Position numbers and translations under genes: made by a program
Shown here: positions 1-14,170 of the stretch, one piece after another
Layout: the number at the start of each line of letters is the position of its first letter
Numbering within the stretch: position 1 is the stretch's first letter
Notes under the pieces: model-generated
Database searches by the model: none
Seen by the model: the letters and a program-made list of their open reading frames with translations, nothing else
What the model was told of the DNA's origin: nothing
Source of the DNA: the human T2T-CHM13v2.0 reference genome, Homo sapiens
Direction of reading: 5' to 3'
Length of the DNA: 64,000 nt
Assembly: GCA_009914755.4 (NCBI GenBank)
Contig: CP068257.2
Coordinates: forward strand, 20,640,001-20,704,000

Positions 1-1926
<1,926 letters not shown>

Positions 1927-2675
1927 TGTAGGCTCATGAGTTCCTTCATCTAGTTTCATAGGCTTCCTTGCTATTATTTCAAAAGAAAAGAGCTGGTGTT
2001 TTCCAAATGAGGCAATCATAGTTTGAGCAGGACTGATGGGAGAGCCTGTGGCCAGGTAGTGTTAAAAACTTCTGTTAGTTTTGCCAGTTGAGGTTTTACT
2101 ATGCCATTGGTGTGTTCCACCAGTCCAGAGGATGTGGGCTATTGGGGGAGATGACAGTGATTGGTACAAAGAAAGTGTTGGAAAATAGGCAAAATGTTGC
2201 AAATGGATCAAATTACTTGACCAGTAAAGCATGTTTCTCAGTCACTATGGAGCTGAGATAAAACTCCTCATGTAGCAATTATCTTTTCTAATAACAATTT
2301 ACTTACTGCTTAAGCCATAGTTTGTCAGCATAAGAATGCGTCAATACAATGAGAGAACAAACAAATTACCACAAAAACATACCCATAACCCTGAGATGGA
2401 GGCAGCTGGGCAAAGAGTAATTGTTGTAACTTAAAGGGTCCTACAGGTAAATGAAAATGTCCACATGACCCATGAAAGGATTTTCCAGGATTGTTTGGGA
2501 CAAACACTACAGTAAGAAAAAACCTGTGCAACAGTAGTGGGTAGTTTTCAATAATATGGCTTTCCCCCTTGCTATTATTATGTCCGGATTCAAATGCAAA
2601 AAGGTAATTGAAATCCTAAAGGAAAGATCAGTTTATCCACACCATGAGCCTAATTCTGGGAAAAATTTGCCTTTT

Positions 2676-2939
2676 TTATTTTTCCAGTCGTCTATTTTCT
2701 TCTGAGGGCTGTTGTTTGTGGTTTCTTAAATAAAACTTTAATGGGTAATAAGTCTGTAAGGACATTTCAAAGCATTTATTGTCTAACATAACCCTCAAGG
2801 CTTCATTCTTAGCTACAGCATCAGTGAAATGGTTTCCTTTACTTTCTGGAATATCTAGTTTTGAATGACCAAGAACTTTAATGATGGCTAGATATTTGGG
2901 GTTTGGATTACTTCCAAGAGGTCGAAAATTTGTTGACAA
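2676..2939 (-). pseudogene. ERV pol remnant, RNase H C-terminal region
   Basis: The 87-aa ORF contains LGHSKLDIPESKGNHFTDAVAKNEAL, matching the retroviral RNase H C-terminal H…GN…AD…AK pattern. Confidence 0.6.
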
Positions 2940-3403
2940 TTTTGGTGAATTGACCTGAAGAGGTCAGAACCTGTGTTGCTTCCAAAGCATCCCTCAAACC
3001 ATAAGCTACCGTGAATGCATATCTGCTGTGAGCACAAATGTTAGCCATGTTATTCTTTGCCAACTGACAAACTCAAGTTAGAGCAATCAATTCTACCAAC
3101 TGAGCCAATTTTATATATGGAAGAGGATTATCCTCTATAACCTCAGTTAGTGATACTATGGCATAACTAGCCCAAAATTTTTCAGATTTCATCTTTCAAA
3201 TTACAATCATCAGTGAGCCATATTATACTGGCATTATTTATGGGCATCTCTCTTAGGTCCTGTCTATCAGTCAGAAAGAGTGATGCAATCATATGGCATC
3301 CTCTCAGTAGGCAAGGGCAAGAGATTTGCTGGGTTAAGATTGTTATAGCAAAATATTAACATTAGGTGAGGACAAAAGAAGAGCTTTATAGGAAGCCAGT
3401 CAT

Positions 3404-3664
3404 TTAACAGAGTAATGTTGGGTGTGATGTGAGTTCAGAAGAATTTCCAAACAGCAGAGTACAAATGGTAAAAGGGGATTCCCTAACTATTTCTTCAATA
3501 GCCTTAAAGGGCAAAGTGACGGCAGAGATTGCTCTTAAGCATGGTGGTATCCCTGTAGCCACTGCATCAAGTTGCTGGCTGTAGTATCTAGCAGGTCTAT
3601 TTTGTTCCCCATGTTTCTGTGTTAGGACTCCTAAGGTGTTTCCCTGATCTTCATCAATGAACAC
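3404..3664 (-). pseudogene. ERV pol remnant, RT thumb/connection region
   Basis: The 86-aa ORF contains YYSQQLDAVATGIPPCLRAISAVTLPFKAIEEIV, homologous to the gammaretroviral RT connection domain. Confidence 0.6.
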
Positions 3665-4110
3665 AGAAAACTGAAGGCTATAGTCGAGAGGCCCTAAAGC
3701 ACAGAAAGTTGCAAGACTTGATAAATTGTATGGCTTTCATTCCCTCTGGAGTCCAAACAAGAGAATCAGGCTGGTTCACTATCAAGAGGGTATGTAAAGG
3801 CTGAGCTATTAAAAAAATAGGTATCCAATTCCAACAGTGTCCAGCCAATTCCAGAAATCCTTGCTTCTTTTTTGAATGCGTAGGGAAGGCTAGAATTCGT
3901 TTAATCCTTCAGCAAGCCTTTGTTACAAATCAAGTGTCTCGTGTATTTTACCTGCATCTAGCAAAATTGGAGTTTCTCTTTAGAAATTTTGTGTCCCTTA
4001 AATGACAATTGTTTTCATAGATGCATGCTGTCATTCTTAGAGGTTTGCATATTCAGGGAATAAAGAAGGACACCATCTACACATTAGATGAGCATACATT
4101 CCCTCTAGTA

Positions 4111-4467
4111 CAGGGGTCCCCAGTCCCTGGGTCATGAACTGGTAATGGTCGATGGCCTGTTAGCAACTGTGCCAGACAGCAGGAGGTGAGTGGCAGGAGA
4201 GTAAGTATTACCATCTGAGCTCTACCTCCTGTCAGATCACTGGCCACATTAGATTTTTACAGAGGCGCAAACCCTATTGTGAACTGTGCATGAGAGGGTT
4301 TGAGGTTGTGTGCTGCTTGTGATAATCTAACTAATGCCTAATGATCTGAGGTGGAGCAGTTTCATCCTGAAGCCATCCACAACCCCCACCACGCCCCACC
4401 GCCAGTCCATGGAAAACTTGGCTTCTGGGAAATTGATCTCTGGTGCCAAAAATTTTGGGGACCTCTG
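4111..4467. mobile_element. Non-autonomous hAT-type MITE (MER1-like) nested in the ERV RT region
   Basis: The termini CAGGGGTCCCCAG… and …GGGGACCTCTG are inverted. The internal sequence is near-palindromic (…ggtaatggtcgatggcctgttagcaact…ctaatgcctaatgatctgaggtggagcagtttcatcc…), typical of the MER1 family. The flanks CTCTAGTA and CCCTAACA look like a degraded 8-bp TSD. ERV RT homology resumes on both sides. Confidence 0.6.
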
Positions 4468-5995
4468 CCCTAACAAATGTACATTAACCAACTTAGATTT
4501 CAAGATTTGAAAAAATACAGGAATTGCTCTCAGTATAACCTTGGGGCATGATGGTCCAGGTATACTGGTAGTCATCTCAAGTAAAAGCAAGTGAGTATTG
4601 ACTCCATGGGCCTACTGGAATATCAAAGGAAACACTGCATAAATCAACCATGGTATGTATATATATACAACTTTCAGTAAGGACTGCTGCCAAAAGAATA
4701 TGGGCTTTTGGTACCACCAGATGTCTTGGGATCACAATGTTCTTGACAGTTCTCAAATGTTATACAAAAGTCCAGCCCCTCCTGTTTGGCTTCCTTACAG
4801 AAAGGATCAGAGTATTACATTGGCTGGTGCAAGAAATAATTAGACCATTTTAAATATATCTTTTATTATGGGTCTGATTCCTTCAATTGCTCTAGGCCTT
4901 AGAGGATATTGTCTGGTAAAGGTTTAATAAGGTTTACTTCTACTTTACTGAGGGTGGATTAATATATTTTACCAAAGTGAGTAGAAGATTGGGATGAAAA
5001 GTGGTCTGGCAAAGCTTGCAATAAGCCATCAATGTCATTCATTAGTCCCAGTTCAGAAAAAAAATTGTTTGAACTATATTTTTTATAATTTTAGTGTTTT
5101 CATTCTTAGTCTGTAGTTGTTCCATTTGCTCCTTCTATTCCAAATTTAACTATATTTCCCCCTTTTGTGAGAAGGAAATTAGTGTATTATGAAATTCCAA
5201 AAAAAATCTCTGCCCAAGAGATGTATGGGAGCCAAGGCAACAGGCCGAAGGGAATGAAGGCCACTAAATGAGCTTACTTAAAATTCTCAGGGTTTGGACT
5301 TATATACAGTCATAGGTTCATTAGATACCGCTACCATTTCTTACAGTTTTATTACTCTAAGAAAGGAGACAGTTTAAAGTGGTAGGGCTGAGAACAGAGA
5401 GAGTAGCCTCAGTGTCTCTGAGGGTACACATCTGTTTTCCATTTGTGGAAATTTCCATTTCTCCTAATACATCTTTGAGACCTTAGTTTTTTCTTCTTTC
5501 TGAATAGTTTTAGAAAGTTGATCTCCCACACTTCCTAAGTTATGGGTTTGTATATCTGCAAAGTTAAGATGGTATTATTTAAATAAGGTAACCAAGTCTT
5601 CATGTAAGCCATTGAAGAAAGCAGAATTTATAAGAAAATCATTCTGATGACCTTGGAGGCTAGCATCAGGCATTTCAGAATATTGTTTAAATGTTTTTTT
5701 TTTCAAGCTGTTCAAAATAATCCAGCACAGATTCATCTGGCTTTTTAGAGCATTGATTAATTCTCCTCAAAGCTACATTATTTGGAAAGGTCTGGAGAAT
5801 GGCATCACAAAGAGCCTGGGCTAAGGTGTAGACACCTTCATGGTTGGCTTCAGTCTTTTTTTAAAACATCCTATGAGGTATTGTTCTAAGCTTGCCATTT
5901 TCAACCATTCAGTGGCCCTGTCTTTCGATGCCAGCGTGTGAACTAATTGATAAAAGTCAGACTATCTGTGTTCTTATGTCCTGACAATTAAATGA

Positions 5996-6022
5996 ATTTT
6001 TTTTTTTTTTTTTTTTTTTTTT
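5996..6022. repeat. poly(T) mononucleotide tract, about 26 nt
   Basis: Direct reading of the sequence. Confidence 0.9.
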
Positions 6023-7580
6023 GCAAACACTATGGGATCTTGGAGAAGCTCTGGGAAGTCTTTTATACTATTCTTAAGTTCAGTCTTTGTCCAACGGGTG
6101 TGCATAATAGGAGGCTCACATCTTTCTGCAGGTTTTACCTTGAAAGGGGCTGCAAAAATAGGAGTTTCAGAAAGGATGTCAGAGATGTAGAAAATTTCCT
6201 CAGGTGGTCAGGGAGGTAGAGTTGAAGGCAAGTAAGGACAGGAAAGTTTAGATACAAGAAGATATAAAGGTTCAGGCGTGGGTGGAGAAGGAGCAGTGGA
6301 GGTGGAAGGGAGAAGAAGGTCTCCTAAGTGAAGTCCTTTTTAATTCAGAAATAGTCTCAGATATCTTTTTCTTTATCTCCTGAATGGAGGCAATTTTTTC
6401 AACCTTTTTAGAAGCTTCTACCTGCCATTAGAAGTGAGTCTCTCATTCAATATTTCTGGTTTTAAAACCAGTTTTTCCGGTTGTACATGCAAATAATTTT
6501 GTAAGCATTTCAAAAGACCCACATTTCAGCCACTGTAGCTTATCACCAACCTGGGCCATGGGGGTCCATTTTTCTAGATATTTACAAAAGAACACTCTTT
6601 AAGTATTTTACATAAAACCAAATGGTGTTTTTAAAGGAGATCATCCCTTTAAAAAGTGCTCATATTTTGAAGCTTGATTTTCCATAATTTAAGAACTTTT
6701 GGAAAGCGTCCAAGGCTGAAAACATGCTTTGGGTCAAAGTATGCTGCCTATGAGCATCACTCCCCAGAGCGTCACCTAAACATCATGAATTGCTATATTG
6801 GGTGTCTCAGAATTTCTGGCTAATTACAGTGGCAGTGGCAGAGTGCTCAGAGTGCCAGGTGACCAACTCTTATGTGCACTTTCTGGCTGAGCTGAAAGTC
6901 CCTCCAGGTTTTCTTTTTTCAGGGAAGCCCTATAAGGCTGCTATACATCACAGCCAAATGTTGAGGCCCCTCTGCAAAGTCTGTAGTCTCCTAGAGCACC
7001 CAAATGGGTCGGGGGAGCAATTGCCTCTTCTCTTTTGAATAGAAAATAAGCCTCATAAAATACAGGGGCAGAATTTGGTTACAATAAGAAATAAAGCAGG
7101 TCCAGAAAAGCATTACTTCAAAACAATTGTTCAGATAGAGAAAATCCATCAGTGTTCACTGTTTAACCAATAAGCCAAACTTCTGGCCAAAGGCAAAGGT
7201 AGAAAAGGCAGCTTTTTTGTTTTTGTTTTGTTCCTGAGACCCAAATATACCAGATGGAAACCTCCATTCTAGAAAGGGAGGGTTGGAATAGACAGATAAA
7301 GAAAAGTCTAGACATCATCAAAGAGTAGGGAGGTCAGAATCCAGAAGGACTCATTCCTTACACTGGATAATGCTGTCAGAGGCAGAACACAAGGGGTTCT
7401 AGGTGACCAGGCATCAAGTCCAGAAAGAGTGTTGCATGGTGGGATGGATTGCTCTGAACCCTGCTTGCAGTGTCAGAAATGTTGATCTAAATAATGAAAT
7501 TGAGTGACAAAATAAAATTTTGGAGTTTACTTGAGCCAAAGTGAGGACAGCTGCCTATGAAACACTTCCGGGTTACCTCG

Positions 7581-7908
7581 TGTATTAGTCTGGTTTCACA
7601 CTGCTAATAAAGACCTACCCGAGACTGGGTAATTTATAAAGGAAAGTAGTTTAATGGACTCACAGTACCACATAGCTAGGGAGGCCTCGCAATCATGGTG
7701 GAAGGCAAAGGAGAAGCAAAGGCACATCTTACATGGTGGCAGTCAAGAGAGCATATGTAGGAGAACCCTCATTTATAAAACCATCAGATCTCATGAGACG
7801 TATTCACTACCACGAGAACAGGTATGGGGGAAATCGCCCCCATGATTCAATTGTCTCCACCTGGTTCTGCCCTTGAGCTTTGGGTGGGGACACAGCCAAA
7901 CCATAACA
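7581..7908 (-). mobile_element. Solo MaLR LTR (THE1-type), antisense
   Basis: It starts tgtattagtc…cactgctaataaagacctacccgagactgggtaatttataaagg and ends …gggtggggacacagccaaaccataaca, the reverse complement of TGATATGGTTTGGCTGTGTCCCCACCC… No internal region is attached. Confidence 0.8.
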
Positions 7909-10360
7909 CCTTGTGAAGTGCATTTTTCAGCTTTTGTTACAAGCATGTTTTTAAAGAAAGCAGGGAAAGAAGTGGACTGAAACAAGGTTGTTTGTCAGAA
8001 ATTATCATTGGTTTACAGAAATAACATTAATTAGTGATTGACTATACATTGTTGAACATAGGGTATGAATTATGGTGTCCAGTATGCAGCATTGTTAGAT
8101 TAATTTCTAGCAACTTGTGGCATCAGCCTAGAGCCCACATAGCAAGCAGCTTCTGGAGATGAATACTTAACTCAAGGCAAGGGAGCAAAACATGGCTGTT
8201 GTCTCATTCCAGTGCCTGTCTGGATCTGATAATTTAAAGGCTCCCATTTCTCAGATAAGTTTCCTTTCTTCCTCATTTTGGAGCTTGTTGCCTTTTAATA
8301 ACTTAATTCCCAGTAACATTACAGAATGAAACAGCTGAGCACAATGTGAGAAATAATCTACAACAGTTTTTCTTCATGTAGATGAGAAAGAAACCTCAAA
8401 GAATACAAAAATTTACTTGCTAAAGATCATGCTGTTAGCTAATATTAGACTTGCAAGAAAGTATCCTTTTCTGATATCAATTTTGATGATTTCTTAAACA
8501 GTCTGACTACCTGCTGCATAAAACCTCTTCTTCTACTTTTTTTATTACATATTTATCTTTTCTGCCACTTCTCTAGTTTACCGTCTTTTTTTACTTTTAA
8601 CAACTAAGCAAAACAATATGTTTAACTTGTCAAAGAAGACTTTGACAACTAAAGATACAATACTGTTTCTTTGACTTCTGATGACTCCTCTAATAAATGT
8701 ACACATCAGTCTACCTCACCTAATAAGTAAATCATTTTGGGGTATAATTACAGAACAGAAAATGCTGCTTTAAATGTTGACTAGGATGGGAATAACTAAT
8801 CTTTATAATTAAACTGAAAGCTTTTCAAAGAGTTCAGTTCCTTAGACTAAGGCTTCCCACTGCTAAAAAGTAAATTACTTTGGAGACATTTCAGGGATCT
8901 GAAGTCTTTTCTCAGATTCATAGGGACACACAGAGTTCTCCAGTACACGGCCCCAGGGAGAGTTTCACTTCTGAACAGATGCTAATGTTTCATGCAATTT
9001 AGCAGTGGATATGGTAATGAAACAATTTTATTTAACTGTAGACTAGAAGGGAGACACAACCTGCATGATTTGATAATGTTCAAATTGAAACTGCCTTAAG
9101 GAGATGGAAATTGACACATATCTAGCGTTGTTTAAAATTTACAAAGTACTTAAAATGTCTTTTTGTCAATAAAAATGTTCTTTACTTTTATCTGTATTTG
9201 GCGTGAAGTTTTTATCATTCTAACCATATTGTAGGTGGTGTGGCAAAAACAAGAGATATTGTTTTATTGGCCTTCTGTGTCTATTAAATGATTTTTTCTG
9301 TGGGAAAATGTCTGATAAGAAAAATACATATTTTAAAATAATAAGATATCATAACTAAAGAACTGGAAAGTATCATATGAAATAACCTTTTCTTTTCTAT
9401 GAAATTTTCTATAAACTGGCTCAAAAATGTATCTTAATGAATTTGTGGTTTTAAATGACTGATATTCACACTTCTTGTACCAGAAAATCATGTATAAGAA
9501 AATGTCCTCCAAAGTTGCATTGTTTTCTTTTCCTAGAACTGGCTAGATAAAAATATCCAGAAAACACTGATGTTGTCTACAGCAATTATCAATTATTAAC
9601 ATATCACGACTAGAAGCCAACTGTAAGAAGACTAAACTGATTTTTAAAAATAATTTTACATTTTCCTTATTTGACACCAAATAATAAACCACTCATATTT
9701 ATAACCTGGTCTCCATTGGTATATTTTCATGTTCTGTCAATTATTTAAATTTCTATGTGTTTACTAGGGTTTGTGGTGTCAGTTCTTCTTCTTCTGCCAT
9801 AAGAATAATAAGGGGATCTTAAGCGTCCCTGAATGTTAGAATTTGATTGTGTTATAATGAGGAGAACCAGGAACAAATTGCCATTTTAATGTATCAACTG
9901 GGAAAAACACAGATGGGACTCTCTAATAGGCAATTATGAAAAGTTTAAAGAAGGAATAATTGACTTGAGTGGCCGGGGATACAACAAACTAAGAGAGAAG
10001 TTACCATCCATAGGACAGAAGAGTCAAAGGGTAAAATAAGTTTTAATCCAGAGGGAAGCCAGGAGCCTGGGCTTTAGAAAAATCACCCAACAATAGCTTT
10101 AGGCTTTGGAGAGAAACGGCCACTGGCCACCCTCATCGCCCTATTTCTATTATCCCATATCCTATCAGTATCACCTTTGCAGGTGGCAGAATATGCTACC
10201 CCAAAATATGTCATTTGGCATAAAAATTACTTTGAGTTAAAGGCACTTGAAAAATAACAAATGCAAGACAAGAACTCTGATGTGTTATTTTCTTCCTGAA
10301 AATAGGAGATGAAACTGTCAAGTGAAAGATACCCTTCTTGTACCCGTAGGAAACACACAT

Positions 10361-10386
10361 TCTCTCTCTCTCTCTCTCTCTCTCTC
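10361..10386. repeat. (TC)n microsatellite
   Basis: Direct reading of the sequence. Confidence 0.95.
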
Positions 10387-10649
10387 ACATGGTGAGATGT
10401 GAGATAAGATGAACCATCTTATCACCAGAAACAGGGAGTTGAGGCCCAGGAAAATCTGTGCAAATAAGTCTTATTAAGACTTATAGATATGTTATAGATA
10501 AATAATATAAATTGGAACTTTATAGTTAAAATGAGAAAGACCTTACAGGTTATATAGACCAACTTTCTCACTTCACATCTGGCAAAATGAAGAACCAGAG
10601 AACTGAAGAGATCTACTTGAGTAAACCGGTTGGTAGTTGCAAAAGTAAA

Positions 10650-10882
10650 TATAAATATACTATATATATATATATATATAAAAAATATATATAGCATTTA
10701 TATATAATATATATAGTATTTATACATATTATATATAGTATTTATATATATATGTATACTTGTATATATAAATATAAGTATATATACGTATATAAGTGTA
10801 TATAAATATAAGTATATACTATATATAAGTATATAGTATATATAGTGTAAATATATAGCATATATAAACTATATATATATAA
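10650..10882. repeat. Complex (TA)n / (TATATA[C/G]) AT-rich simple repeat, about 230 bp
   Basis: Direct reading of the sequence. The six-frame ORF 10422-10697 is an artefact of this low-complexity tract. Confidence 0.9.
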
Positions 10883-11608
10883 AGAGAGAAACGTTTAAAT
10901 TTTTCTCATTAAAAATGTATAAGGCACCCCAGTAGTTACTCACATGAAAGTTATTACAATTAAACCTCAAAGCATCCCTATAAGAAAGACTTTAATATCA
11001 TTGCATCCACTTAATTATCTGGGAAATATTTCTCAAAGTTATTTAGGTAACTTGCCTTGGGTCCCACATTACGAAATGCCAGAGTGACGTTAATTCACAT
11101 TTCATAAGCTAAATCTTAAGTGAAGTTTTTATTTGATGGTCTAGAGTTCTAGGAGCCTCATTTGACATTAAAAAAAGAAGTCTTTAAAATTCTCCTGTAA
11201 AATATACAGCCATTTTCTGTCAATTTATTTCACTGGTAGTATCAGTTTTCATTTAAATATATGTACAAATACATTAAAATTTTTCATAAAATAAATATTG
11301 CATCCCTTCTTTGCAGAACTTGTTCGTGGTATCCTGTATGTCAACAGCATGTTTATTTGGCAGCAAACTGCTTTGGCATGTTTAGGTGGAAGCATGCAGA
11401 AAATTATTAGAAAATAAAGTTCTATTTATCTTGTATTCTTGGAAACTCTTTAAATATGCAGATAACATATGAATACTCTAGATATCTCTTTGCCTATATA
11501 AAATTTAACTTGTGTTATAACATTTTCATTTTGAAAAGGTGTTCATGGGACCCACGGCATTTCTAGAACTTTATGACATAAAACTTATTGCTTTACAATT
11601 GTGTAGGA

Positions 11609-11931
<323 letters not shown>

Positions 11932-12426
11932 TTACTTAGCAATCACAACTTGCTGTGACTGTAACAGCTTTTCATATATTGAATACTCCACCTTTAAATC
12001 AAATCATTTTTATTTTCTTCTTGCTGTATATAATGTTACACAGACAGACATGAGACAGCAACTGTGACCAAAAAGGTCATTAATAATTAAATGGGTTCTT
12101 AGTCCAGGATTTAGTATTTCCTAAACCCTGTTGTCTGATGTGTTAGTTGGCTGAACTTAAAATAGTGAACAGGAAAAGTAAAACTCTTTAAAGTGTGAAT
12201 ATCACCGTCAACAAGAGAAGAGATGTTTATTCACATTATTGATCCTCAATTTTAAGACCTGTTTGTCACTCAGTAAGTTTTAGAGAATTAGACCATGTAT
12301 AGTACTTCAATGGGTCTGCAATGACACTGACATAATGTGTTGTTAAGGGTAGGAACAAAATAGAACTCTTCAGTGGAAAATCCTATGTAGCCTTTTATTT
12401 AGTGGAAAGGGATCTGCAAGAAAGCC

Positions 12427-12428
12427 GT

Positions 12429-12469
<41 letters not shown>

Positions 12470-12476
12470 TGTATGT
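12427..12476. repeat. (GT)n microsatellite
   Basis: Direct reading of the sequence. Confidence 0.95.
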
Positions 12477-12955
12477 TTGTTAGACAAAGCTCCCAGAATA
12501 GACTTAAAATGAAGCTTGTCTTTTTGTGAGGCCTTTGACAAAGAGTTAAGCACCATTCCAAAAACCTCACTCTGCCTTATTCCTGTCCAATTCTGTATCT
12601 TTATAGTCTATTAGTGTTCACATTTTATAATTATTCAGACCCATAGGAACGTGCTACTTTCTTAACCTTTCTACCATATCTTAGAAACCCTAAATAATTC
12701 ATGGTCTGTTTTTACCTTAAAGTGATTTTCACAGTCATAGACAAGTCAGTTTAAAGTAATGTGACACAGAGTAACAAAATGAACAAAAAAGCATTTTGCT
12801 AAGCTCTTTATACACACTGCCATGTTGTTCTTTATGACAAATTTATGAGGTAGGTTCCTTAGCCCCATTTCACAGGCTGAGAACCTGAGACTGTCAACAC
12901 TAAGCTGATTTTACTGTGATTACATCTTAGTGAGTGACAGATCTAGCAATCATGG

Positions 12956-13146
12956 AATTGAGAAGGCCCCACCTATGTTATGTTATAACATAACATAACA
13001 TAACATAACATAACATAACATAACATAACATAGCATAGCATAGCATAGCATAGCATAGCATAGCATAGCATAGCATGGCAACATAACATAACACAGGGGG
13101 CCTTCTCAATTATGTTATAACATAACATAGGGGAGGCCTTATAATT
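12956..13146. repeat. (ATAAC)n then (ATAGC)n pentanucleotide array bracketed by a 15-bp perfect inverted repeat
   Basis: aattgagaaggcccc at 12956-12970 and ggggccttctcaatt at 13097-13111 are exact reverse complements. Between them lie about 10 copies of ATAAC followed by about 9 copies of ATAGC. A third partial arm copy, gggaggccttataatt, follows. Confidence 0.85.
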
Positions 13147-13867
13147 TTCTTCATTCTTATCTTGATGTGAAATAAGGACAACATCTGCAACAGGAGGTTG
13201 TGATCACTGTAAGAAACAGCTTCAGAATTACAAAATCTTTTCTTCTACAAGTTAATCTGTACTTTCACTCATTTGCAAATATTTCAAGGCTTCTTCACTC
13301 TTGAATATCAATAAAGCGATGCTCACATTGATATATTCAAGTTTCTCTATTTCATTTCTTCATTAGAAGCTCTTTGGTTCACAAAGTTTATTATCTCTAG
13401 GAAATGCTACAGAGGTGCTCTCCTGTTTTTATATATGTTATCACTCACCTCAGTTACATCATCGTGTATTTTCTTTCTGCTTCAAGCTTCTTGAAGTTTC
13501 ACTGCATGCAAAATCACGTTAAAAGAGAATAATAGCCAATGTTCACGTTACATGTGTCGTCTGTCAATGGTCCCATTCTTTAAATATTGATACATTTCTC
13601 AATTCTGTTCAGAATTTGATAAATCTCTTCTCCATAACTTGAACCTGCATTGCTTTGTTCATAATTTCATGACACTAACTCTTCCGTATTTTTAAGGAAT
13701 TGTTAATGCACACAATAATACCTCACTGGTAAGCAGAAATAATAGGTTGTACCATGGTATGATCAGAATTTGTCTACGTATACCTGCACACATACACACA
13801 TACACCCTCCATAAATATTCTCATAAATCAATCTTAATTTAATGAGAAGTAACTTGCATTTCAGCAT

Positions 13868-14170
13868 TGTGTGTGTGTGTTTGTGTGTCTGTATTTGTTT
13901 TGAGAGAGGGTTTTGCGTTGTCACGTAGGCTGGGGTGCAGTGAGATAATAGCCCACTGCAGCCTTGAACTCCTGGTCTCAATTATCTCACCAAGTAGCTG
14001 GGACTGCAGGTGCTCACCACCATGCTCACTAATATTTTTACTTTTATTTTTGTAGAGACATAGTTTCACTACGTCACCCAGGCTGGTCGCAAACTCCTGG
14101 CCTCAAGCAAACCTCCCGCCTCAGACCCCACAAAGTGCTGGGACAACAGGCATGAGCCACCACACCTGGC
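13868..14170 (-). mobile_element. Alu SINE (older AluS/J-like), antisense, with a (GT)n/T-rich tail on the left
   Basis: …gagacatagtttcactacgtcacccaggctggtcgcaaactcctggcctcaagc…gctgggacaacaggcatgagccaccacacctggc is the reverse complement of an Alu. Confidence 0.85.

Larger units (their letters stand above)
1927..7580 (-). mobile_element. Endogenous retrovirus (class I, gamma-like) internal region in antisense: IN, RNase H, RT, PR, gag. No cognate LTR recognised in the window
   Basis: Antisense translations show the RNase H motifs NICAHSRYAFTVAYGL and LGHS…KGNHFTDAVAKNEAL (2676-3060). They show the RT connection YYSQQLDAVATGIPPCLRAISAV (3404-3664, compare MLV [25 protein letters not shown]). 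They show the RT motifs HTMVDLCSVSFDIP and YTWTIMPQGY (4500-4850), and a gag CA major-homology-region-like INQCSKKPDESVLDYFEQLEK at about 5700-5760. Many stops and frameshifts. The left end is truncated by the L1 insertion and the right boundary is uncertain. Confidence 0.7.

Noticed and set aside
7581-7908. THE1 LTR directly abutting the 5' (gag) side of the antisense ERV, which could be read as that provirus's own LTR
   Set aside because: THE1 is a MaLR LTR, a different lineage from the gamma-like pol seen in the ERV body. No PBS complement ending in CCA precedes it. I treat it as an independent solo LTR.
12980-13080. Regularly spaced short direct repeats that superficially look CRISPR-like
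   Set aside because: The unit is 5 bp (ATAAC then ATAGC) with no spacers. This is a eukaryotic pentanucleotide microsatellite in primate DNA, and CRISPR arrays are not applicable.
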